DNA of 63,602 nucleotides, the filler included. It is 7 parts of 7 records of this genome, joined end to end, with 100 filler letters (N's around TTAATTAATTAA, not from the genome) between each part and the next. Parts side by side here need not be neighbours in the genome. Positions count along the whole stretch, not along the records: positions 1 to 11,380 come from SRR20825006_3055; positions 11,481 to 19,512 come from SRR20825006_3059; 5 more parts are not named here. One strand, 5' to 3'. The notes under the pieces are model-generated. The model searched no databases. It saw only the letters and a program-made list of their open reading frames with translations, and was not told the DNA's origin. How positions within the stretch are numbered: position 1 is the first letter of the stretch; every line of letters starts with the position of its first letter. Positions 8,774 through 18,125 of this stretch are shown one piece after another. A program made the translations under genes and the position numbers.

Positions 8774-10444
8774 ATGATGAGCAACGCACTAAATCAAGAT
8801 GCCGAAAACGGACCGGTGATGGCCGCTGACGGCACACCGCTGAAACGCAGCCTCGCGCGCGCCCTGCGCCGCCAGAAAGGCCGCGCATTGCTGCTGATTG
8901 CGCCGTTGCTGATCTTTGTTCTCGTAACCTTTATTGTACCCATCGGGTCGATGCTGTTCCGGTCGGTCGAGAACGACATTGTCGCCAACACTCTGCCCGA
9001 CACGGTCCAGCGGCTGGCAAGCTGGGACGCCACATCGGGCGAATTGCCTGCTGAGGGCGTCTATGAGGCGATGTATTACGACCTGTTCGTCGCCGCAGAG
9101 GCCAAGCGCCACACGCGCCTTGGCTCGCGCCTGAACTACGAAGAATCAGGGATTTCATCGCTCTTCCGTCAGTCAGGCCGCAAGATTGACGATCTGGCCA
9201 AGGATGCCACAAAGGCACTGGAAAGCGCCGTGCCCGCCTTCAAGGATGGCGAGACATGGTATGCCCTGATGAACGCAGGAAATGACGAGGCGAACTCGGG
9301 CCTTCTGTCGGCCATGCGTGGCCGCATCGGACGGCTGAACGATTCCAGCGCCTCGGGAGAGATGGATTTCGCCCCCAGCGCGCTGATGGCTGACATCCTG
9401 CCGCTGACCACGCGCAGCTATACCGAATGGGCGGTCTACGAGGCCACCGAAGAAGGACGCGACCCAGCCACACGCGATCCGTGGGAGCTGGTGCCGCTGG
9501 CACTGCTGCAGGAATTGAAGACCGCCGACCTGTCCGGCCTGACCGGCACCCATGCCGAGCTGCTGACGCAGGCGCAGGCGGTTAATTTCGACATTCCGCC
9601 CTATTCTGAAGTTCTGGCCGATATCGACCCCGAGTGGGGCACGATCCTGCCATGGGAAACCATCCAGACCCATTCGTCCAAATACACGGCCGGCTACTTC
9701 CTGAATGCTGTAGACGCGCAGAAAACGCCCGAAGGCTATGCGTGGCAGCCTGAAGACAAGCAGATCTTGCTGACGCTGTTCGGACGCACCTTGTTCATGT
9801 CGATGGTCATCACCTGCTCGTGCATCATGCTGGGCTATCCGGTGGCGTGGCTGCTGGCCAACCTGCCCACCGCGAAGGCCAACCTGCTGATGATCCTCGT
9901 GCTGCTGCCCTTCTGGACCTCGCTTCTGGTGCGCACATCGGCCTGGAAGGTCATGCTGCAACAACAGGGTGTGATCAACGACGTGCTGGTCTGGCTGGGG
10001 CTGGTGGACGACGCCAACCGCCTGATCATGATCAACAACCAGTTCGGCACGATCGTGGCCATGACACACATCCTGCTGCCGTTCATGATCCTGCCGATGT
10101 ATTCCGTGATGCAGACCGTACCCCCGAGCTACCTGCGGGCGGCCAAATCACTCGGTGCTACGAACTGGACAGCCTTCTGGCGGGTGTACTTCCCGCAATC
10201 CATTCCGGGCATCGGCGCGGGGTCGATCCTCGTGTTCATCCTGTCCATCGGCTACTATATCACCCCCGAGATCGTCGGCGGCACCAAGGGTGTGTTCATC
10301 TCGAACCGGATCGCCTACCACATTTCGTCCTCGCTGAACTGGGGCCTCGCGGCCGCACTGGGGTCGATCCTGCTGGCCGTCGTTCTTCTCCTTTACTGGT
10401 GCTACGACCGGATCGTCGGCATCGACAACGTGAAACTGGGATAA
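8774..10444 (+). CDS. PotB-like ABC permease with a large soluble insertion
   Basis: LLPFWTSLLVRT motif and EAA-like loop (RAAKSLGA); about 270 aa hydrophilic region after TM1. Confidence 0.88.
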   Translation: MMSNALNQDAENGPVMAADGTPLKRSLARALRRQKGRALLLIAPLLIFVLVTFIVPIGSMLFRSVENDIVANTLPDTVQRLASWDATSGELPAEGVYEAMYYDLFVAAEAKRHTRLGSRLNYEESGISSLFRQSGRKIDDLAKDATKALESAVPAFKDGETWYALMNAGNDEANSGLLSAMRGRIGRLNDSSASGEMDFAPSALMADILPLTTRSYTEWAVYEATEEGRDPATRDPWELVPLALLQELKTADLSGLTGTHAELLTQAQAVNFDIPPYSEVLADIDPEWGTILPWETIQTHSSKYTAGYFLNAVDAQKTPEGYAWQPEDKQILLTLFGRTLFMSMVITCSCIMLGYPVAWLLANLPTAKANLLMILVLLPFWTSLLVRTSAWKVMLQQQGVINDVLVWLGLVDDANRLIMINNQFGTIVAMTHILLPFMILPMYSVMQTVPPSYLRAAKSLGATNWTAFWRVYFPQSIPGIGAGSILVFILSIGYYITPEIVGGTKGVFISNRIAYHISSSLNWGLAAALGSILLAVVLLLYWCYDRIVGIDNVKLG

Positions 10445-10450
10445 CTGATT

Positions 10451-11335
10451 ATGGGCCTGCCTCCTTATGCAACGACGCCGCAACGGATCTGGTACTATTC
10501 CTTCCGTGTCATCTGTGCACTGATCTTCATTTTCCTGATCACGCCGATCATCGTGGTGATGCCGCTCAGCTTCAACGCCGAGAACTTCTTTACCTTCACC
10601 CCGGAAATGCTGCGGCTTGACCCTGACGGGTATTCGCTGAAGCATTATCAGGACTTTTTCACTAACAACGAATGGCAGCGCAGCCTGAAAAACTCGCTGA
10701 TCATCGCGCCCTTTGCGACGCTGATTTCGGTGTCGCTGGGCACGCTGGCCGCCATCGGCCTGTCGCAATCCCACGTGCCGTTCAAGGGCACCATCATGGC
10801 GATCCTGATCTCGCCCATGATCGTACCGCTGATCATCTCGGCCACGGGCATGTTCTTCTTCTACTCGACACTGGGCAACTGGCTGGAAACGACCCTGGGG
10901 CTCGACAAGAATTTCGTGGGCTACGTCAAGGTTATCCTTGCTCACTCGGTCCTTGGCATTCCTTTCGTGATCATCACGGTCACCGCCACGCTTGTGGGTT
11001 TTGACCGCTCGCTGACCCGTGCTGCGGCGAACATGGGCGCCAACCCCGTCACCACATTCTTCCGCGTGCAAATGCCGCTGATCCTGCCCGGCGTGATCTC
11101 GGGCGGCCTCTTCGCCTTTATCACATCCTTTGACGAGGTCGTCGTGGTCCTCTTTGTCGGCTCCGCCGGTCAGAAAACGCTGCCATGGCAGATGTTCACC
11201 GGCCTGCGCGAACAGATCAGCCCGACGATCCTCGCGGTCGCCACGCTTCTGGTCGGTATCTCGATCATCCTGCTGACCGTGGTCGAGCTGCTGCGCCGCC
11301 GCTCGGAACGTCTGCGTGGCATCGTCGAAAGCTAA
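10451..11335 (+). CDS. PotC-like ABC permease
   Basis: Multiple TM segments; SPMIVP, RAAANMGA and SFDEVV motifs. Confidence 0.9.
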   Translation: MGLPPYATTPQRIWYYSFRVICALIFIFLITPIIVVMPLSFNAENFFTFTPEMLRLDPDGYSLKHYQDFFTNNEWQRSLKNSLIIAPFATLISVSLGTLAAIGLSQSHVPFKGTIMAILISPMIVPLIISATGMFFFYSTLGNWLETTLGLDKNFVGYVKVILAHSVLGIPFVIITVTATLVGFDRSLTRAAANMGANPVTTFFRVQMPLILPGVISGGLFAFITSFDEVVVVLFVGSAGQKTLPWQMFTGLREQISPTILAVATLLVGISIILLTVVELLRRRSERLRGIVES

Positions 11336-11336
11336 A

Positions 11337-11380
11337 CTTCTTTTGGCCAAAAATATCCCGGGGTCCGGGGCAGCGCCCCG
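11337..11380. repeat. Probable Rhodobacteraceae intergenic repeat, cut by the fragment end
   Basis: CTTCTTTTGGCCAAAAATATCCCGGGGTCCGGGGCAGCGCCCCG resembles, from memory, a widespread roseobacter repeat; the contig breaks inside it. Confidence 0.45.
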
Positions 11381-11480
11381 NNNNNNNNNNNNNNNNNNNN
11401 NNNNNNNNNNNNNNNNNNNNNNNNTTAATTAATTAANNNNNNNNNNNNNNNNNNNNNNNNNNNNNNNNNNNNNNNNNNNN
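11381..11480. other. Artificial spacer
   Basis: N-run / TTAATTAATTAA (stops in all frames) / N-run. Confidence 0.99.
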
Positions 11481-11546
11481 GAGGGCCGCGGGGGGCGCGG
11501 GGGGCATGTCACACGCTCTGCGCGACCCGCAAGAAGCCCCTCTCAG

Positions 11547-13736
11547 TTACGAGCGCTCGACCTTGTAGACGCCCTTGATGCGCTCGATGAGACGCATCGC
11601 GTTGTGGAGCTGCTCGGTGTCGCGCACCAGGACCTCGAAGGTGTTGACCGCGCGCTGATCCTCGGTGGTCAAGCAGTGCGCCTGCGAGATGTTGACGTCA
11701 GCCTTGGAGAAAGCGGACGAGATATTGGCGAGCAAGCCTGGCTTATCCGTGCAATACACGCGCACGTTCACGGGACGACGTGGGTTCTCATCCTTCTCGC
11801 CGCTCGACTGCCAGGAGACCGCGATCTGACGCTCCGGCTCGAGGTGCTCGATGCGAGGACAATCACGCGTGTGAACAGTCAGGCCACGACCTCGGGTGAC
11901 AAAACCCACGATCTCGTCGCCGGGAACAGGGCTGCAACACTTGGCGTAGTTGACCATCACGTTGTCGATGCCATCGAGCACCACGCCGCGCGTGCGCTTC
12001 TTTGGCTGCGCGACAGAAGATATCCTCTCCCAGAGCTGCCCGAGGCGACCCTCGTTCTGCTTCTTCTTTGGCTCGGGGCGCTCTTGCGGTGGGTAGAGGC
12101 GCTCGATGATAAGGTCGGGTTGTGCCCGGCCATATCCGATGTCCGCCAGAAGCTCGTCGACGGTCGAGTGCTTGGTGGTGGCGACGACCTCGGCGAGCTT
12201 GCCGTTGCGCTCGATGGCGCGCACATTGGTGCCGTGGCGCTTGAGCTCCTTGTCGAGGAGCTCTCGCCCGAGCTCCATCGAGCGCGCGCGCTGCTCCTTA
12301 CGCAGGTAGTTGCGGATCTTGGTGCGCGCCCTCCCCGTCTTGACGAACTGGAGCCAGTCCTTGTTGGGGCGCTGGTTCTTGTTCGTCATCACCTCGATGA
12401 TATCACCGTTGGAGAGCTCGTGGCGCAGCGGCACCATCTGGCCGTTGACCTTGGCGCCCGAGCAGTGATGCCCCACCTCGGTGTGGATGTGGTAGGCGAA
12501 GTCGATGGCGGTCGCGCCTTGCGGCAACCCCATCACATCACCCTTGGGCGTGAAGACGTAGACCTCGTCGTGGAAGAGGTCGATCTTTGCCGACTCCAGA
12601 AACTCGCGAGGGTCCTCGTTGTCCTGATGCTCCTCCATGAGATGGTGAAGCCAGGCAAACTTGGCGTCGTCCTTGTCGGGGATCGCCTTGCCCTCCTTGT
12701 AGAGCCAGTGCGCGGCGATGCCCTCCTCTGCGACCTTGTGCATGTCGAAGGTGCGGATCTGGATCTCGAGGCGCTCCTGATACGGCCCGATCACCGACGT
12801 GTGCAAGGACTGATAGCCGTTTGGCTTGGGGATCGCGATGTAGTCCTTGAAGCGTCCAGGGATCGGCTTCCAGAGGTTGTGCACCAACCCCAACCCCTCG
12901 TAGCACTGCGCGCGCTCGTCGAGCAGGACGCGAAACGCGAGCAAGTCATAGACCTGCTCGAACTCGATCTGCTGACGGCGCATCTTGCGGTAGATGCTCC
13001 AGAAGTTCTTCGGCCTGCCGTTGACCTCGGCGCCATGGATGCCATGCTCGGTGAGCAAGTCCTGCAGGATCGAGATGACCTCGCGGATAAAGCTCTCGCG
13101 CTCGCGCTTCTTGCTCGCGACCCGCTCGGCGATGTCATAGTAGGAGTCTGGATACAGGTAGCGGAACGAGAGATCTTCGAGCTCGGTCTTGACCCAACTG
13201 ATCCCCAACCTGTGAGAGAGCGGCGCGTAGATGTCCATCGTTTCGCGCGCGATCCGGGCCTGCTTGTCGCTCTTCATGTACTTGAGCGTGCGCATGTTGT
13301 GCAGGCGATCGGAGAGCTTGACCAGGATCACGCGCAGATCGCGGCTCATGGCGATGATCATCTTGCGAAAGTTCGCCGCCTGGGCCTCTTCGCGCGTGTT
13401 GAAGTTGATCTTGGAGAGCTTGGTGACGCCATCGACCAAAAAGGCGACGTCCGCGCCAAAGAGCTCGGCGACCTCCTCGACGGTGGCCTCGGTGTCCTCG
13501 ACCGTGTCGTGCAAGAGCCCGGCGCAAAGGCTCGCCACGTCGAGGCGCAGGTCCGCGATGATGTCCATCACCTCGAGCGGGTGCCCGATATAAGGCTCTC
13601 CCGACTTTCGCGTCTGCCCCTCGTGGTGCTTGGCCGCGTAGGCGTAAGCCGCGACCAGTTTATCGATGTCAGGGTTGGGGTGGTACCCCTCGACCTTGCG
13701 GATGATCGTGTTTAGGCGGTTCTGAAGAGGATCCAT
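11547..13736 (-). CDS. spoT: Bifunctional (p)ppGpp synthetase/hydrolase (Rel/SpoT)
   Basis: Intact HD motif (LLHDTVED), synthetase motifs (GRPK, RFKDY, NGYQSLHT, EIQIRT), TGS (VFTPKG), CC motif and ACT domain. Confidence 0.93.
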   Translation of the reverse strand: MDPLQNRLNTIIRKVEGYHPNPDIDKLVAAYAYAAKHHEGQTRKSGEPYIGHPLEVMDIIADLRLDVASLCAGLLHDTVEDTEATVEEVAELFGADVAFLVDGVTKLSKINFNTREEAQAANFRKMIIAMSRDLRVILVKLSDRLHNMRTLKYMKSDKQARIARETMDIYAPLSHRLGISWVKTELEDLSFRYLYPDSYYDIAERVASKKRERESFIREVISILQDLLTEHGIHGAEVNGRPKNFWSIYRKMRRQQIEFEQVYDLLAFRVLLDERAQCYEGLGLVHNLWKPIPGRFKDYIAIPKPNGYQSLHTSVIGPYQERLEIQIRTFDMHKVAEEGIAAHWLYKEGKAIPDKDDAKFAWLHHLMEEHQDNEDPREFLESAKIDLFHDEVYVFTPKGDVMGLPQGATAIDFAYHIHTEVGHHCSGAKVNGQMVPLRHELSNGDIIEVMTNKNQRPNKDWLQFVKTGRARTKIRNYLRKEQRARSMELGRELLDKELKRHGTNVRAIERNGKLAEVVATTKHSTVDELLADIGYGRAQPDLIIERLYPPQERPEPKKKQNEGRLGQLWERISSVAQPKKRTRGVVLDGIDNVMVNYAKCCSPVPGDEIVGFVTRGRGLTVHTRDCPRIEHLEPERQIAVSWQSSGEKDENPRRPVNVRVYCTDKPGLLANISSAFSKADVNISQAHCLTTEDQRAVNTFEVLVRDTEQLHNAMRLIERIKGVYKVERS

Positions 13737-13906
13737 TCTCGCGTCTCGCCTCTCGGGATGGGCAGCGTTTGGGGGAAGGAGATTCGCTCCCGCTCAGTCT
13801 AAACCAAAAGGGGAGCCTTTGTGAAACAGCGCGTAAAATCCGCTGTAATTTTCCGTCCAAATCAAACATCCACCCAAAAAGCATCCACGCCAAATATAAA
13901 CAGCGT

Positions 13907-14512
13907 TCACCCTTTGGCGAGCAACGCCTCGAGCTTCTCGCGGCGCAGGTGGTTGCGAAACTGCGCGGCCAGATAGATGCGCTCGAGCGCATCTGCGGCG
14001 CTGTCGAAGTCGTCATTAAAGAGGATGTAATCGAACAGCGCGTGCTGCTCGAGCTCTTCCCTGGCGTTCTTTAACCTGCGCTGAATGATCTCCTCGCTGT
14101 CGGTCTTCCTGCCTCGAAGCCTGGCCTCGAGCTCCTGCATCGACGGCGGCGCCACGAGCACCGAGACGGACTCTGTGGGGAACGCCTCGTCGAGCTGCGC
14201 TGCGCCCTGATAATCGATATCGAAGAAGACATCCTTGCCGGCGTCCCAGGCCGAGGTGATCGCTACCCTGGGCGTGGCGTAGGCGTTGCCGTGCACCATC
14301 GCCCACTCGGCGAAGGCGCCCTCGTCGCGCATCTTCTCGAAGGTCGCCATATCGACGAAGTGATAATCGACCCCGTCGGTCTCGTTCTCGCGCGGAGCGC
14401 GCGTGGTGTAACTGACGGAGAGGACGAGGCGATCGTGGCGCTCGCGCACCACGCGCCCGAGGCTTGTCTTACCGACACCGGAAGGACCACACACGATAAA
14501 GAGGATGCCCAC
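13907..14512 (-). CDS. gmk: Guanylate kinase
   Basis: GPSGVGKT, SVSYTTRAPR, DGVDYHFV and DIDYQGA motifs. Confidence 0.95.
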   Translation of the reverse strand: MGILFIVCGPSGVGKTSLGRVVRERHDRLVLSVSYTTRAPRENETDGVDYHFVDMATFEKMRDEGAFAEWAMVHGNAYATPRVAITSAWDAGKDVFFDIDYQGAAQLDEAFPTESVSVLVAPPSMQELEARLRGRKTDSEEIIQRRLKNAREELEQHALFDYILFNDDFDSAADALERIYLAAQFRNHLRREKLEALLAKG

Positions 14513-14578
14513 AGGGAAGCTCTCTTGCAGAGTTTTTGGGAGGGAGTGATTCGAGAAAACTGGCGCTCATGCGCTTGT

Positions 14579-15466
14579 TTACTCGACGTTTGCGGCTTGC
14601 TCGCGCATTTGCTCGATGCTCGACTTCATCTGCACGACGACATCGGTCAGCGCGGAGAAGTTCGACTTGGAGGCCATGGTGTTGGTCTCGCGGATCATCT
14701 CCTGGAGGTAGAAGTCGAGCTTCTTGCCAAGAGGAGCCTCTTCGCTGTCGAGCAACTCTCCGAGACGCTCGAGGTGTGCGCCAGCGCGCTGGAGCTCCTC
14801 GGCGATATCGCTGCGATCCGAGAACATGATCACCTCGTGGATGATGCGCTCCTGATCGAGCTCGACGCCGTGGAGTTCTCCGAGCTCACCGAGGCGCTCG
14901 CCGAGGCGCTCGCGAAAATCAGCGAGCAGCTTGGGGCGAAGAACCTTGACCTTCTCGAGGTTTGCCACGAGCGCCTCGCGGTGCGCGCGAAGATCTTTTG
15001 CGATGGTGGCGCCCTCTTCTCTTCGCGTCTGATCGAAGCGATCGATCGCCTCCGAGATCACCGGATCGAAGGCCGCCTCATCCTCGATCTGGGTCGCGTC
15101 ATTGCTACCGGTAAAGAGCGACTTCAACTCGAGGACATCGGCAAAGCGGAGCTCCTGCGAGAGCCCGTGTCGCCCGAGCAACCCACGGAGTTGTTCGACG
15201 ACCTGACCGAACGCCTCCTCGTCGATCCCGAGCGAGAGCGCCCCGCTTGTCGCGCGCGAGATCTCGATATGCATCGAGATCCGCCCTCGGTGCAGCCTGC
15301 TCTTGAGCAAGCTCGTCGCGCGAGACTCGACCCAGGTCCACTCGCGCGGCGTGTTGACGCGAGCATCCAGGCCGCGGTGATTCACCGCCTTGAGCTCGAC
15401 TTTGATATGCCAGCCTTCGACGACTGCCTGCGCCGCTCCAAAACCGGTCATGCTGTGGATGGCCAT
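14579..15466 (-). CDS. yicC: YicC/YloC family endoribonuclease
   Basis: SMTGFG, VNHRGLD, GKKLDFYLQEMIRETNT and EQMREQAANVE motifs. Confidence 0.93.
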   Translation of the reverse strand: MAIHSMTGFGAAQAVVEGWHIKVELKAVNHRGLDARVNTPREWTWVESRATSLLKSRLHRGRISMHIEISRATSGALSLGIDEEAFGQVVEQLRGLLGRHGLSQELRFADVLELKSLFTGSNDATQIEDEAAFDPVISEAIDRFDQTRREEGATIAKDLRAHREALVANLEKVKVLRPKLLADFRERLGERLGELGELHGVELDQERIIHEVIMFSDRSDIAEELQRAGAHLERLGELLDSEEAPLGKKLDFYLQEMIRETNTMASKSNFSALTDVVVQMKSSIEQMREQAANVE

Positions 15467-15704
15467 CTCTTCCTCGTCTTGCGAACGTCTCGGCTGTGCT
15501 CGGGCGCCACGCCTTCCTCACCGAATGGAGAGGGAGAGGCCCTGGCCATCGGGCGCTCGTGGCGCCCTTGATACGCGAGCTAGGGGGATCGATTTGATGT
15601 GACGGAGCGCCAGATGGGCGAGGGTAAGAAATCCCCGTCCGCCTGACGCTCTGCGGTGACTGGATGCTCCCCACCAAGGAAAGCTTATGCTCGACGCGCT
15701 GGGG

Positions 15705-15968
15705 TTACCAGGCGTCTGTGGTCTGCTTGGTCGCCGTGGCGTTGGATGCCGTGGCGGCCTTCTCCGAGTTGTCCTCGATCTCTTTGGGAGGCGTCGCCTC
15801 GCCGTCCTCCTCATCGCCACGCAGCGCGCCCTGGAAGTCGCGCAAGCCCGTGCCGAGTTGGCGGAAGACCGATGGGAGCTTGCCGACCCCGAACACCATC
15901 AAGACGATGATGAGGATAATCGCGAGCTCCATCCCGCTGAGTCCACCGATGATCATGATTGTCTGCAT
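15705..15968 (-). CDS. tatA: Twin-arginine translocase TatA/TatE
   Basis: ELAIILIIVLMVFGVGKLP followed by an amphipathic helix (LGTGLRDF). Confidence 0.9.
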   Translation of the reverse strand: MQTIMIIGGLSGMELAIILIIVLMVFGVGKLPSVFRQLGTGLRDFQGALRGDEEDGEATPPKEIEDNSEKAATASNATATKQTTDAW

Positions 15969-16106
15969 ACCTAACCTCTCGAGAGCGCGTACGCTCGTTG
16001 GTACTCGAACTCACTCTTAGCCCAACTCGCACCCTGAAACAAGAGCCCCGCCAGAAAGCGGCGGCGCCTCTTTATAAAGGTCGACACCGCGAAGCGCCGA
16101 GCAAAT

Positions 16107-16904
16107 CTAGCTTTGAAGGACCCCTTCTAGCACATCACACGCCACCCTGGCCGCGATTTGCTCGGCCTGTTTTTTGGAGCGCCCTTCTCCCTCGCCCATG
16201 CGCTCGCCCATCACGCGGACCTCGGCCACGAACATCTTGCGATGCTCCGGGCCATGCTCGCGCACGATGTGATAGGTGGGCTGGACGTTATACTTGGACT
16301 GCACGATCGATTGCAGCAGCCCCTTGTAGTTGGGCGTGCGCGGCCTGGGTCGCTCGACCTGCGCGATCGCCTCGTCATGCAGGCGAAGGACCACATCCTC
16401 GACGGCCTCGAAGCCGCCGTCGAGGTAGATCGAGGCGAGCAACGCCTCGTAGGCGTCGCACAGGATCGAGTCGCGCGAGCGGCCCCCCTGGCTATCCTCT
16501 CCCTTGCCGAGCCGGAGGAAGTCGCCGAGCTCGAGCTCGCGAGCCTTGAGGGCGAGCGCGCGCTCGCATACCAGCGCGCTCAGGTTGCGCGTGAGCATCC
16601 CCTCGTCCTCGAACTCCTCGCGCTCGTAGAGCTTGCTGGCCACGATCATGCCGACGACGGCGTCGCCCAGAAACTCGAGGCGTTGGTTGTGCTTTCGCTT
16701 CCCTCGGCGCTCGTTCGCATAGGATGGGTGCGTGAGCGCGCGCTCGAGCAACTCGATGTTCTCGAAGGTGTAGCCGATGCGTCGCTGCAGGACGTTCAGG
16801 TCCGGGAACGGGATCGAGATCTCCTCGCCGAGTTCGGTCGAGAGCTCGTCGCCAAAGACATCGATCAATGCGTTCGAGTCCAGGTCTCCAAATTCATCAC
16901 TCAT
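16107..16904 (-). CDS. rnc: Ribonuclease III
   Basis: ALTHPS, NQRLEFLGDAV, DAYEA and C-terminal dsRBD (NYKGLLQ...GRSKKQAEQ). Start overlaps the mnmA stop (ATGA). Confidence 0.95.
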   Translation of the reverse strand: MSDEFGDLDSNALIDVFGDELSTELGEEISIPFPDLNVLQRRIGYTFENIELLERALTHPSYANERRGKRKHNQRLEFLGDAVVGMIVASKLYEREEFEDEGMLTRNLSALVCERALALKARELELGDFLRLGKGEDSQGGRSRDSILCDAYEALLASIYLDGGFEAVEDVVLRLHDEAIAQVERPRPRTPNYKGLLQSIVQSKYNVQPTYHIVREHGPEHRKMFVAEVRVMGERMGEGEGRSKKQAEQIAARVACDVLEGVLQS

Positions 16905-18058
16905 ACCCGCGCCTCCTCGATCCAACCACCGCCGAGGACCTCGTCCCCGCGATAAAACACCACAGCCTGCCCTGGCGCCACGGCGCGCTGCGGTTCCTCG
17001 AACTCGACCATCGCCATGCTGGCATCCTCGCCCACCGTCACGACCGCCTTGACCGGCTTGGAGCGATAGCGAATACGCGCCTCACACTCGAGGATCCCGG
17101 GAGGACGCTCGAAGGAGAGCCAGTTGCAACGCTCGGCGACCAGACCGCGCGCGAACAACCCACGCTTTGGCCCGACCACCACCGTGCCCTCTTCGGGGCG
17201 AATTGCCTGTACGTAAAGCGGCTCGTGCCAGCTTAAGCCCAAACCCTTGCGCTGACCAATGGTAAACTGGTGAATTCCATCATGTTCTCCGAGAACTTGC
17301 CCGTCGACATGCATGAACTTTCCGGGCGTGGACTCGCCCTGCTTGATGCGCTCTTCCAGGAAATCGCGATAGGAGCGACCCTCCACGAAACAGATCTCCT
17401 GGCTCTCGGGCTTCTCGGCGGTCTCGAGGTTCATCCCCAGCGCGTAGTCGCGAACTTCCTCCTTGGTCAGCTCTCCCAACGGGAAGACGATCCTCGAGAG
17501 CGCCTCTCGAGGGATGCCAAAGAGGAAGTAGGATTGATCCTTGTTCTCGTCGAGCCCAGTGCGCATCACTGGCACCTCGCCGCTCCGATCGATCCTGGCG
17601 AAGTGACCCGTGGCAAGATACTTCGCCCCGAGCGCCAGAGAGCGCTTGAGGAGGATATCGAACTTGAGGTGATTGTTGCACGCCACGCACGGGTTCGGCG
17701 TCCTGCCGCGCTTGTACTCCTCGACGAAGTAATCGATCACGCGCGCCTTGAACTCGTCCTGATAGTTGGCCACGTAGAATGGAATCCCCAACGTATCCGC
17801 GACCATGCGCGCGTCGAAGAGATCGTCCGGCGAGCAACAGCTCTTGGTGTAGGACGAGGGCGGCGTCGCGTAGAGACGCATCGAGATGCCGACCGCGTCC
17901 CACCCCTTCTGCGCGACAAACGCCGCCGTCACCGAGCTATCCACGCCGCCGCTCATGGCGACCACCACGCGCCCACGCACCAGCTCGTCGAGGTCGTCGA
18001 TGTCGACCTCCATCGGCGGCATCATGCACGCTTCACCTTGTTCGATTGTCGAAGCCAT
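16901..18058 (-). CDS. mnmA: tRNA 2-thiouridine(34) synthase MnmA
   Basis: AMSGGVDSSV, TPNPCVACN, ATGH, KDQSYFL, ESQEICF and PGQAVVFY motifs. Confidence 0.95.
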   Translation of the reverse strand: MASTIEQGEACMMPPMEVDIDDLDELVRGRVVVAMSGGVDSSVTAAFVAQKGWDAVGISMRLYATPPSSYTKSCCSPDDLFDARMVADTLGIPFYVANYQDEFKARVIDYFVEEYKRGRTPNPCVACNNHLKFDILLKRSLALGAKYLATGHFARIDRSGEVPVMRTGLDENKDQSYFLFGIPREALSRIVFPLGELTKEEVRDYALGMNLETAEKPESQEICFVEGRSYRDFLEERIKQGESTPGKFMHVDGQVLGEHDGIHQFTIGQRKGLGLSWHEPLYVQAIRPEEGTVVVGPKRGLFARGLVAERCNWLSFERPPGILECEARIRYRSKPVKAVVTVGEDASMAMVEFEEPQRAVAPGQAVVFYRGDEVLGGGWIEEARV

Positions 18059-18125
18059 CGCTTCCTCACCACGCTTAAACAATGCGAGCCTCGCTCGCTG
18101 CTGCTCCCTAAAAAAAGGGAGTGAT

